Positions 27,942-37,800 of a stretch of 64,000 bases of DNA are shown piece after piece (position 1 is the first letter of the stretch; the number at the start of each line of letters is the position of its first letter). The notes beneath the pieces were generated by a model. It had not been told where the DNA came from, searched no databases, and saw only the letters and a program-made list of their open reading frames with translations. A program made the translations under genes and the position numbers. The stretch is from the sequence record NC_042018.1. One strand, given 5' to 3'.

Positions 27942-28622
27942 ATGCCAGGGAACCGTAAAGCCTTTGAAACATTTGTTTTTGAGTTCATGGGCTCACTCAC
28001 TAAAGGCGGTGGTAACCGAAAGATTTACGAACGCCTTTTTAGCCAGATGAACGACAAGCAGATGGACATGTTTGTGGATAAACTGGAACAGGGTATGCCG
28101 TTAAGTGTCTGGGCGAGCAACTTCGAAAAAGCAGAGATGTTTAATTACGAAGGGTTGCTCAAGATCTGCGACAAATACGGCTTGCCAATGGAACAGCAGT
28201 TGGTGGTGTATGACCAGGACACTGGGATTAAATCACTGACACCGATTAAGTACGTGGTCGGCACTGCTGAGATCCGTAAACAGCGTCAGATGCAGGTGAA
28301 AAAGTTTGGTGTCTCGAAAGACGACTCCAAAGTAGAAGACTTGACCGGGCAGGTAATGGGGGAAAGCCGTGCTGCAGGTTTGAGTATTCCGGAAGTTCAG
28401 GTATTGGATAACTTGGGACTCCCGACGTTGGCCAACGAACTGTATAACGTCAAGGGTGGGGACCTGGACGCGCTGAAGGTATTCCGTAACGAACTGATTA
28501 CCACGGGTAAAGCCACCACCAATGCGGCACTTAAACAGGGAACCGGTGCCAAGGTGTTGAAGACGGCGCACTTTATCTTACTGGGTCGCCATATCCAATC
28601 CAATATTCATGAGAGGGACTAA
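27942..28622 (+). CDS. Virion RNA polymerase beta subunit, C-terminal fragment (phiKZ gp149-like)
   Basis: GQVMGESRAAGLSIPEVQVL..GLPTLANELYNVKGGD mirrors the RpoB C-terminus (GQRFGEME..L.E.LTVKSDD). Confidence 0.8.
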   Translation: MPGNRKAFETFVFEFMGSLTKGGGNRKIYERLFSQMNDKQMDMFVDKLEQGMPLSVWASNFEKAEMFNYEGLLKICDKYGLPMEQQLVVYDQDTGIKSLTPIKYVVGTAEIRKQRQMQVKKFGVSKDDSKVEDLTGQVMGESRAAGLSIPEVQVLDNLGLPTLANELYNVKGGDLDALKVFRNELITTGKATTNAALKQGTGAKVLKTAHFILLGRHIQSNIHERD

Positions 28623-29041
28623 TGAAGTCTTTACAAACCCTACGGGATATTGTCATCGATAACTTCGAACGCAGCTTGGCAATTCCGCAGTTAGCCAACA
28701 TGCACAACATCATGATGCTATCGATGTTAAAACAACCCATCCTCAGTTTTGAAGAAGGGTACAAGTCTTTCTGTTCGCAGATTGCAGAGAGCGCCGACGC
28801 CTACGATGCCTGGATGGTTACCATCTATGACATCAGCGCCGCCTTGGGTGATTTCAAGATGGTGATTGAGGAGTTGAATACTTATAATAACAACTTCAAA
28901 ACCAGCCTGAACGCCGGGTCCCAAATCAGCTATGAGTTTTCTGATAAAGACCTACCGTTTGTTATCGCCTTCGCCTACCGCATCACGTTGCCGATGTTAA
29001 CGGCCGCTGCGCCAGTACCTGAAAAAGGTAATGCCGCATGA
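28622..29041 (+). CDS. Hypothetical protein
   Basis: 139-aa ORF coupled to the previous gene by a TAATG overlap. Confidence 0.6.
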   Translation: MKSLQTLRDIVIDNFERSLAIPQLANMHNIMMLSMLKQPILSFEEGYKSFCSQIAESADAYDAWMVTIYDISAALGDFKMVIEELNTYNNNFKTSLNAGSQISYEFSDKDLPFVIAFAYRITLPMLTAAAPVPEKGNAA

Positions 29042-29781
29042 GTGGGTTAAATCGAGTTTTAAAAATCTACACCGAGCTGGACGCGTTGTTTGATTATCGA
29101 CGTGGATTGGTACAGCATCTGTTGACCAGTCACAAGTCGTACCCGTCAGACGATGTGCGTAAAGCCGACGGTGATAAACAGTGGGAGCTTTACCTGGAAG
29201 GGCGTTATCGGAAACGTCGTTTAGACAACTTCGATATCCCTGAGCTGAAGTTATCCACCGCTGACTACCAGGCGTTGTACAAAGAGCGTCGTTTGGAACA
29301 CTTCCTGATGTACTATCCCAGTGCATTAGAGAAGCACATGTTCAAGATGGTAATGGATATGGAAATGCTCGATACCATGACACCCAGCATCAAGGGTGCG
29401 ACATTGTACGTGAATACCTTTCCTTATCAGCTCGACACTGAATTGAATGCGCTACTGCTGGACACCGTGAACCGTCGGTTTGGAGGACGCTATGACGTCC
29501 AACTGGTACACGCTGATCCCCGAAGCTTTACTGCCCATACCTTTGGTCAGTATGATTACGTGTTCAAGTACGACATCCTGCTGGGGGATTACGAGTGGTT
29601 CGTGAAGAGCCTACTGGAAACCCAGATTCCCGCTACCACGTTCTTTGTGCCTTCCCTGTTCCTTGCTGAGAATGACATGATTGTCGGTGGGCCGGAAGAC
29701 ATGATTTATGCGCTAGCGGCGACGCTTTCACCGGCTATTAAGTTGGTGCCGTGTAATGCTGTGATTTACGATTACGCGTGA
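29038..29781 (+). CDS. Conserved hypothetical protein
   Basis: 247-aa ORF with an ATGA overlap, followed by a hairpin. Confidence 0.6.
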   Translation: MSGLNRVLKIYTELDALFDYRRGLVQHLLTSHKSYPSDDVRKADGDKQWELYLEGRYRKRRLDNFDIPELKLSTADYQALYKERRLEHFLMYYPSALEKHMFKMVMDMEMLDTMTPSIKGATLYVNTFPYQLDTELNALLLDTVNRRFGGRYDVQLVHADPRSFTAHTFGQYDYVFKYDILLGDYEWFVKSLLETQIPATTFFVPSLFLAENDMIVGGPEDMIYALAATLSPAIKLVPCNAVIYDYA

Positions 29782-29791
29782 GCATAAACAC

Positions 29792-29825
29792 TATAACCTG
29801 CCTGGGACATCCCAGGCAGGTTATA
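29792..29825. terminator. Bidirectional hairpin terminator
   Basis: TATAACCTGCCTGGGA-ca-TCCCAGGCAGGTTATA between convergent genes. Confidence 0.75.
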
Positions 29826-29835
29826 ATTATGTGTG

Positions 29836-30333
29836 TTACATCGGGTTACCGTCCAAGTCAACAAGCTGGTTACCCATTTCCAGTTCCTCAGTATTAATCG
29901 GTTTAATGCCCTCTCGAATCGAGAGCAAGGATTGTGACGGGTCCAACATAAACGAATCCATGGTAAAGGTCGGGATATTGATTTCGCCGTTGGAGATTTT
30001 CTTCATGGCGTCCAACATCTGGTTGAAGCTGACCTTGTTGTCTTCGTTCTCTTTCTTCTTCAGACGCTCTTTGCGGTCGTCACGTACGGCTTTCTCTAAC
30101 TGAGCCACCAACGTGGTTACAGCCTCCAACATTTTGGGGTTGTTCGGCTTCTTAACAAACTGCAGCGTCGCGTAGTTGAGGATCATGGACCGGTGTTGTT
30201 GAAGCGCGTCTACCAGAAACGTTTGGTCTACGTCTTCGTCATTACGGGCCAGCTGTTGTTGGATATTGAGTAGGACTTTGGTGACCTCCTCAGTGTCGAC
30301 CTTGTTGTCGACAGCGTTATCTTCATAGTCCAT
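29836..30333 (-). CDS. Hypothetical helical/coiled-coil protein
   Basis: 165-aa acidic, helix-rich ORF. Confidence 0.6.
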   Translation of the reverse strand: MDYEDNAVDNKVDTEEVTKVLLNIQQQLARNDEDVDQTFLVDALQQHRSMILNYATLQFVKKPNNPKMLEAVTTLVAQLEKAVRDDRKERLKKKENEDNKVSFNQMLDAMKKISNGEINIPTFTMDSFMLDPSQSLLSIREGIKPINTEELEMGNQLVDLDGNPM

Positions 30334-30335
30334 AA

Positions 30336-30361
30336 TTTTTTAAACCTATATTACTAAGGTG
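30336..30361 (+). promoter_or_regulatory. Putative phage early promoter
   Basis: TTTTTTAAACCTATATTACTAAGGTG contains an exact TATATTAC core. Confidence 0.65.
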
Positions 30362-30392
30362 CAATGGTAAACTTTATTGAAGGGTTCTACCC

Positions 30393-30971
30393 ATGAAAAT
30401 ACTAAAAAAGCTGGTGCATGTCTTACCATGGGGGTTTTTACAGAAACGCCTGTATAAGAAAATGTTGGTGGAATTAGAACAGATCGACCAGCGCTTCCTT
30501 TCTCCTCGTAAACGCTACGTTGACGTTCTCCGTGACCTATACGATTGCGTGAATGGCGTGGATATCCCGCTGATAGAGGACTTTAAACGTTTTAAACAGC
30601 AAACCGTATCAATAAACTTTAAAAGCTCTCAGAGCGCTTCTGAGTTAGTTCTAGAGTTGTTAGAAGAAAAGCGTCCCAACTGGGAGCCGTTCTTTGAACA
30701 ACTCACACCGGACAGAGAAGAACGGTTGATTGATTGGTACAGTAATCAAAGCAGTGTTAATGCCTTTATGTTGGGTGGCTTAACAGTAATTTCTTACTAT
30801 TCCAATTATATTACCTATAAGGACGTTCGCCTCTCAACACCGGATGTTGACATAGAAGCACCTTTCTTACCTGAGTTGGTAAGTTTTTTCGAAAGTAAGC
30901 ACTTTAAGTTGTTGGTATCAGATCTCATTACTGTGTACTGGTTAGCACTGGACAGTAATGTAAGCAGATAG
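30393..30971 (+). CDS. Hypothetical protein (probably early)
   Basis: 192-aa AT-rich ORF directly downstream of the promoter motif. Confidence 0.6.
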   Translation: MKILKKLVHVLPWGFLQKRLYKKMLVELEQIDQRFLSPRKRYVDVLRDLYDCVNGVDIPLIEDFKRFKQQTVSINFKSSQSASELVLELLEEKRPNWEPFFEQLTPDREERLIDWYSNQSSVNAFMLGGLTVISYYSNYITYKDVRLSTPDVDIEAPFLPELVSFFESKHFKLLVSDLITVYWLALDSNVSR

Positions 30972-30979
30972 GAGTTTTT

Positions 30980-31417
30980 ATGACTTCACCCTTAAGAAGG
31001 AAATCTCAGGCTCAGGGCATGAGCGGAATCTCGGCCAAGTACGTTGAGGACAATCAATTACGCGATACTCCGGCGCGCTTGTTCCGAAAGATTCTGAATG
31101 CTATGGGCATGAATCCACCAATGTGGTCGAAGCTGTTACGAGAGTACTTAGGTTGGGTGGTAACCACGAAAGACCGTGAGAAAGCCAAGAATGAACGTAT
31201 CCATCAGACGGGAAATATTAAAAGCAGTTATTTCCAAAGCCCGACGCTTACGTTCAACAAACTCCTGGCCGGCCTTTCTATCTTACAGATGAAAGAATGT
31301 GAGATTATCATTCGGGTTAAGGACAAAGAAGGTCAGATTATTGAAGTGAGTGAGACGCTCCGCGTTATGGGCCCGCCTACTAAAAGACCTGACGACAAAA
31401 CTTCTTCGGAACAGTAA
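30980..31417 (+). CDS. Hypothetical basic protein
   Basis: 145-aa ORF with a GGAG RBS; Lys/Arg-rich. Confidence 0.6.
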   Translation: MTSPLRRKSQAQGMSGISAKYVEDNQLRDTPARLFRKILNAMGMNPPMWSKLLREYLGWVVTTKDREKAKNERIHQTGNIKSSYFQSPTLTFNKLLAGLSILQMKECEIIIRVKDKEGQIIEVSETLRVMGPPTKRPDDKTSSEQ

Positions 31418-31427
31418 CCACCTAATT

Positions 31428-31475
31428 GCTGTGACTTCCTTCGGGGAGTCACAGCGCATTGTTTCCTTCTTTTTA
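31428..31475 (+). terminator. Intrinsic terminator
   Basis: GCTGTGACTTCC-ttcg-GGGAGTCACAGC followed by a T-rich tract. Confidence 0.75.
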
Positions 31476-31489
31476 TTTTTGGGGTCTTT

Positions 31490-32599
31490 ATGAGCTCACT
31501 CTTTGATAACCTGGATTTAGGCAGCAGCTTAGATACGTTCAAGAAGAACACCAGTAATGCCATGAACACCGTGAAGTCGAGTATTCTGACCCCGGTAAAC
31601 GCAGTCACTGAAAAGGTCAACGACGGCATTGCGTTGATTAAAAGCACAGACAGTAAACTGCAGTCGGTGATTTCAGAATACCGTTCAGCCGCAGTAGAAC
31701 AGTTAGACGGTATTATCGGTGCACTGTCAGGCGGGATGTTAAACACCTCTGACCTCACCAAGATGGTAAAGATTGGTCCGGACGGTGTTACGTTCAGTCC
31801 TGATGATTTGGTACGGGATGTTGGTAACAAAATTGGACTGGACATCGGCGGTGACGGCAACGGCTTTATGCGTCAGATTGCAGGTGGTATCAACAGCCAG
31901 TTCAACTCTATTACCAGCGGGTATTTTGGGGACCTGGTCAGTACCGACGGCAAGACATTTAAAATCAGCAAGAACTGGCGTGGGCAAGGTGGCGCTGCCA
32001 TGCTGGATATGCTGCGTCGTTACGGTGGGGTGGATGATCTGATTGACGTTAGCGTCACCAACAGCTTCTACAATACCCTGTTGTACAACTCTGCTCAGTT
32101 CGGGATGTCCGACAGCTATGCATCTATCATTGCCAAGTATCAGTTTAAGAAAGATGCTCAGGCCGCGTTACTGGAAGCCATTCAGTATATGTTGGCCAAC
32201 GGCGACGTAGATTCGTTGCAGAAGGTGTTGGAGATTATGGACAAGGACGGGGTAATGAGTGTGAATGCCAAATACCCGGAATTTGTTGAGAACCTGCTCA
32301 GCAAGTTTACCTTTGCCGCTAACACTTATCCTGAAGAGTATCCGGCGATTCGTGAAAAGCTGATTAACGTTCTGAATAAATTCGCGGGTCCGTCATGGTA
32401 TCTGCGGGTAACCCAATTTGGGTCAGCGTACAACTTGGCCTTGACGTCACAAATCAGTGCCGATGTGGTAACCCTGTTCATGGAAGACAATGAGTACGCA
32501 CCTCTGCTGTATACCAGCGGCATGTTCCAGGACGACAACGCCATTACGGTTCTGAAGAATCAATTCCCTTCAGCACCTATTATGTCTGCGAACCTATAA
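31490..32599 (+). CDS. Putative virion structural protein
   Basis: 369-aa ORF next to the tail hub/tape measure block; function inferred from context. Confidence 0.55.
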   Translation: MSSLFDNLDLGSSLDTFKKNTSNAMNTVKSSILTPVNAVTEKVNDGIALIKSTDSKLQSVISEYRSAAVEQLDGIIGALSGGMLNTSDLTKMVKIGPDGVTFSPDDLVRDVGNKIGLDIGGDGNGFMRQIAGGINSQFNSITSGYFGDLVSTDGKTFKISKNWRGQGGAAMLDMLRRYGGVDDLIDVSVTNSFYNTLLYNSAQFGMSDSYASIIAKYQFKKDAQAALLEAIQYMLANGDVDSLQKVLEIMDKDGVMSVNAKYPEFVENLLSKFTFAANTYPEEYPAIREKLINVLNKFAGPSWYLRVTQFGSAYNLALTSQISADVVTLFMEDNEYAPLLYTSGMFQDDNAITVLKNQFPSAPIMSANL

Positions 32600-32601
32600 G
32601 T

Positions 32602-32633
32602 CTACTCCTACTCCCGTTGGGGAGTAGGAGTAG
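32602..32633. terminator. Bidirectional hairpin terminator
   Basis: CTACTCCTACTCCC-gttg-GGGAGTAGGAGTAG between convergent genes. Confidence 0.75.
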
Positions 32634-32645
32634 TAACCTTATTTT

Positions 32646-34790
32646 TTATCGTGCGATTGGTTTAATAAAGATACGCGCCACGTCACTGATTAATGAGTCG
32701 GTGACTTTCGATGCAATGTTGGATGCACGGAAAGACTGTTTCATGTCCAGTGATGCCGTGGTAAGCATACGGTTCAAACGGCTGTACTTCAATACCGTGT
32801 CCAGGTAATCCATCCCGGTTAAACGTGCCAGGTAGTTGTTGTACCCTGTATCGTCGCTCATCATACGTTTGACAGCAGCGGCTGGGTTCGTCATATCCAA
32901 CAACGTCATACCACGTTTAATAGGTACTGTTACCATTGGGTCCAGGTCAACGAGATCCAGTTCAATACGTAGGTTCAGTGGCTTACGGTCACGCGTCCAA
33001 CCACGGTCACCTTCCCCTAACGTAAAGCGAGCACTTTCAATCATCCCGGTACGGATAAAGGTTTTGCTCTTAGAGAACGCCCTTATCATAAACGGTGAGG
33101 TGTAGGCTGAACCACCCGCTGAGAACCCCGCCACTAACGGTAATACCAACGCCATCAGAATCCAGATTTTGGTAATCTGTTCATACGGATGGGCATAGTT
33201 ACAGCGAGAGGTGATGACAAAGGTTTCACGGTGCAGGTTAACGCTGCTGCTTTCCCAGTGGTCTGGTACTTTGATGTAGGCGTTGTTTGCCAGGGCTAAA
33301 GGAATGTTCCCCAATACCGTACCGGCTAATGCACCTTGACCAAAATCTGTTACACGTTGAATTACGGAGTCAATAATCCCAATCCCGGTTTGACCGCCAG
33401 CCAAGTCAAATTTAAAATCGTTGGTAGCTTTTACCATGGAGTTAAACTTGTCAGCTAACGGGGACTTGGTCATGGAACTGCTGAAGGTATCGGTTACCGC
33501 ACCGCCTGCTTCGACACGGAACGTCACCGCATCCAAACCACCGTAGAGGGCTGTTTGAATCAGGTCACCGATATTGCCCAGCCAAGAACGGTTATCGACG
33601 TCATCCCGATAATACCCATCCGTACCTGCTGCGGCTTGTTCCGATGCACTCGGTGACGCCGGCTGGGGTTTAATCCCGTTCTCGTTGGGGTTAGCGCCAT
33701 AGCTTTGATTAGAAATCTTGTTAATCATTGCCTGCAGTGATGTGGTCTGACCATCTTCAGTACCGGTAGTGGTTGCCCCAATGCTGGAGTTGTTCGGGTC
33801 TTCTGCGGCTTTGGCATTTAAGTAAGAACTTTCGGTTTCGGTAAACGAGCCTTCGTTCTCACGGTATTGCCCCACCGTGTTCATTTCCCGTTCAACATAT
33901 TCACTGCTGGGGTTACCGGAAATCACTGTGCCGTTGAACTGGGTTTCTTCAACCAGCTTTTTCAACCGCTCGTGTTTCTCATCGGCTGTTCGGATAGTTT
34001 CATTATCAACCTCCGCCAGTTTGTTAATGAGGTAACGGTATTTACGCGTACCACGCATCACCAGACGCATAAGGTCAATGGTGCCGTCATCGTTAATACA
34101 GTCTGGGAACAACTTGTCCAAGCCCTGGATAACGTTGCTGTTATCGTAGTCGGGTTTCAGTCCATGAAGCGGGTCAGTCTGTTCCAGGTTGGTTTTCGGC
34201 AATACTGGGTTAATGTAACCCAGCTTCACCATGAAGTCGTTGAGCACACCGTTGGCTGCCATGATGTAAGAACCCATCGCAGGCTTAACGGTATAGAACG
34301 AGTTCTTCGGGGCTTCAGACAGGAACTGCAAGAACTGCATGGAGATGCTGAAGACCTGCATTGGCCAGAAGGCAATAGAACCAGCTGCCTGACCAATATA
34401 GAAAGCAGCACTCGGCATACGGCCTTTGTTGGCCATGATGGCTGCTTCGGGGTCGAACATGTTGGTTAAGAAACTCAACAGCCCAGCAAATTGGGGAACA
34501 CCTGCTACCAGCGTTAATGTAGTGGCATTGTCATCGTACATCTCTTTGTACATGGTACCCATGCCACCTTCACGGGTCTTTAAGAAACGACCGTAACGTG
34601 GGTCCGTTGCAGGACTGAATTGGGGCAGGGGGTTTAAATGTCGGTTGTCACCGATAGCGCTGGAAAATACGTTGAAGTATTTGTCCCAATCGAGTTTTTC
34701 CAACAGTTCACTCGGGGGTGCGCCATGGCACATCATTCGAAAAGATTTAGAGATAATGTCTTTATCTCGCGCACTCACCTGGTTCGCCAT
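32646..34790 (-). CDS. Virion tail/baseplate protein downstream of the tape measure (phiKZ gp182-like by synteny)
   Basis: 714-aa ORF with a GAGG RBS, immediately after the tape measure gene. Confidence 0.6.
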   Translation of the reverse strand: MANQVSARDKDIISKSFRMMCHGAPPSELLEKLDWDKYFNVFSSAIGDNRHLNPLPQFSPATDPRYGRFLKTREGGMGTMYKEMYDDNATTLTLVAGVPQFAGLLSFLTNMFDPEAAIMANKGRMPSAAFYIGQAAGSIAFWPMQVFSISMQFLQFLSEAPKNSFYTVKPAMGSYIMAANGVLNDFMVKLGYINPVLPKTNLEQTDPLHGLKPDYDNSNVIQGLDKLFPDCINDDGTIDLMRLVMRGTRKYRYLINKLAEVDNETIRTADEKHERLKKLVEETQFNGTVISGNPSSEYVEREMNTVGQYRENEGSFTETESSYLNAKAAEDPNNSSIGATTTGTEDGQTTSLQAMINKISNQSYGANPNENGIKPQPASPSASEQAAAGTDGYYRDDVDNRSWLGNIGDLIQTALYGGLDAVTFRVEAGGAVTDTFSSSMTKSPLADKFNSMVKATNDFKFDLAGGQTGIGIIDSVIQRVTDFGQGALAGTVLGNIPLALANNAYIKVPDHWESSSVNLHRETFVITSRCNYAHPYEQITKIWILMALVLPLVAGFSAGGSAYTSPFMIRAFSKSKTFIRTGMIESARFTLGEGDRGWTRDRKPLNLRIELDLVDLDPMVTVPIKRGMTLLDMTNPAAAVKRMMSDDTGYNNYLARLTGMDYLDTVLKYSRLNRMLTTASLDMKQSFRASNIASKVTDSLISDVARIFIKPIAR

Positions 34791-34836
34791 CTTTATCCTC
34801 GGCTAAAAGAAAAGGGGGAGTTTCCTCCCCCGGTTG

Positions 34837-37800
34837 TTATACCTTGACACTCTCAGGACGAGAAGCCATGTTCTTGTTGAGCTCAGTCAACTGCTGAACC
34901 ATCTGCTGCATTAACTGAATCTGAGCCTGGTCACCTGATGCCAAGACTTTCGCCAGGGTATCAGAGAGTGCACTCAGGTCCAGAGCAGGTGCAGGCGCTG
35001 GAGCAGATTGTGGAGCGGCAGCCGGAGCTGCTGGTGCAGGAGCCATTGGAGGTGTCGCCGGCGTAGGCTGCGGAGCAGCGGCAGTCGGGTTAACGCCCAT
35101 TGGACCAGTCGGTGCAGGTGAAGCCGCTTCAGCTCCTCCGTCACCCGCTGGAACACCGTACGGTGAAGGCGGTGCATTACGCGGCACTTCACTCGGTGCT
35201 TCTGGCATGCCTGGTGTCCGTTCCAGGTTTACCCCTGCTTTACCCAGGAACTTCGCAGCTGACTCTTCAGAGCGTAGGTCAACGTGGATGTGACCACCCG
35301 TGGTGTGAGCTGTGGTGACCTGATACTCGTTAAGAATATAGTAGTCGCCTTTACCCATACCCGCTGACGCCATGATTTGTTGCACCGCAGCAATGGCTTG
35401 AGAAGCACCTGCTGCCCCGTTAGTACAGGTAAAGTCCAAGGCCAGGCCACGTTTGTGCAACGAGTTACCCGGTTTAGACTGGTGATACGCATCATTCAGC
35501 GCTGTGAAACGATTGAAGTTCGGAACCTTAGCCTGAATCAATTCGGCCAGACGTTTTAAGCCCGGATGAATCGGTCCACCTGCTACAGTTTCCTGAGACT
35601 TAATCTTGAGTCCACCGAAATCACTGACGCGACTTCCAGTAGCTTCACCCAACGTACCCATGGTGTTGTTGAAACCATCACCGGCGTTGTTGTAGGTCAT
35701 TCCCGTTGGTGGTGGCGGAGCAACGTTCGTCATGGTTGGGTATGGAGTCCCGCCCATGCTTGGTGCGCCACCTGGACTACCTCCTGCTCCTGGTGCAGCC
35801 GGTGTACCGGTAGGCAGAGCTGGCGGTGTATTGCCCTGTGCTGGGTTTGGTGTAGCGCCGGCTTCTGTTGGACCTTCTTCAGGTTTCAACTCACCCCCGG
35901 CCAGTTTCGCTAAGTAATCCTTGTACATCGCAAAACGTTTATCCATTCCCGGCAGATCGTTACCACCGTTAAGACCCAATGCAGCGTAACCAAAGTTACC
36001 GTTCTGGGTAATGGACTGCAATTGCTTAGAGTTCTTAAAGAAGTTCACCGCAATCTTCGCCATGGTCACAGGGTCGGTTGATGCGAGTTTCGGGTTGTTC
36101 TCCAAATCCACACCAATCTCTTGCCCAATCTTCCGGTAGTTTGCACGACCTGTTAACTGAACAAACCCACGACCACGGTACAGCCATCCATCACCCGGTG
36201 CGATGTTACCAATCGATGCACCTTTACCGCCACCGTAGACCGTGTTGGCAATTGCCACCGGACCTGCCTGAATTAACTGACGGGCTTGTTCTACCGTTTT
36301 GATTTCCCGGAACAATTTAACCATCTGTTCAGGGTTGGTGTATTTCATGTTCTCTGTGGTACGCTGGAAGTTACCCGACTCGTAAGCACACAGCGCCAAC
36401 ATTTCAGCAATGGCACGCGGGTCTTTGAAACCTTGTGCAATCATCTCTTTAATGATGAGCTGTTCGGCAGCTTTACGCGGTACGGTAACTCCGGTATCAT
36501 CCCCTGGGTTCTGCTGCACCCCGGCCAAGTTCACCGTTGCCGTATTGGAGTTGCCTTCAATCGGATTGTACTGGTAGAAGTCAGCAGTGTTGTACAGAGA
36601 ATGCCCACCGGCACTGAACCCACCCGATTCGCTATTACTGCCACCGCCTCGAGCCTGGTCGGCACGGTTATTGGCGGGACCGGTAGCCGGGTTGTACTTC
36701 GTCTCCTGTCCGCCGGTTTTGTGTACCTCGTTGGTTTCCACCATCCGTTTAGCACTGGTCTTGGCTGCTTCCTTCATCGGGTCTGCTAGCTTCGCCTGGT
36801 TAGACAGGTTAGCCATCATCTTGAGGGTATCATCTACCTTCATTGTCCGAGGGGAGCTCAGGGTGTAGTGGAACGGCGACGTTTTGATATCCCAGATGCT
36901 GTAAACTTTATCCTCGATTCGCACCGTGGTGTTCACTAACTCCTGAGCAATCTCATACTTCGCGGTAGCCGTTAAGGTCCGCCACACATCCTTCGGTAAA
37001 CCACGACGGTACTTCTGCAGGGTTCTGACATACGTCATCATTACCGGCAGGAAGCGGTCACGGAACCACAGCGCCCAGTCTTTCGACTTATCCTTATCGA
37101 TACGGAAGGCATCTTTAAACGCGGCGTAGGCATCACCGGTCTTCCCAACAAAACGCACATCCCCACCCACGAGCTGAATCTGTCCTTCCATGTAGCGTTC
37201 TAACTTAAGGACCGCTTGAACACGCCATGGGGTATTGAACTCGTTACCGTATGCGGCTAAACGTAAGGCCGTCAACAGGTCCATGGTGCCTTTTTCTGGC
37301 AACAGGTCGGAGATGTTGGCTTCCGCTGCAATGCTTCCCGGTTTGTACGCTTTGTTTAACTCCTCGATTTCCTTGTCGATTTGTTTGATACGGGCTTCAG
37401 CCTGTCGTGCCCCAGCGTAATCCGTGCTTCCCCCAAACAGACCAAACATGCTTGGGTTCTTGGCTTTCTCCTCCAGGGCCTTCTTCTCTTCCTCGAGTCC
37501 TTTCTTTGTAGCTGCTCCCACAGTGCCCAGCGTTTTGATGGTTCCGCCGTTCTTATTCGGGTTCCCGTATTCCTTGTTCAGGTCTTTCAGGTAATCGCTG
37601 ACACGCGCCATGGTTTCCTGTTGCGGCAGGATAGCGGTATCTTTATCGATGGATGCCTGAATGCTGTACGGGTTCGGCATTAAACTAATCAACGCATCGT
37701 GTGCTTTGTTAGCAATCTGCGAAACCTTCAGCGTTTCATCTTTATCGTACTCTTCCAACGTTTTGAACTTCACGCTGTCAAGGCACGCCATGTACGTTAA

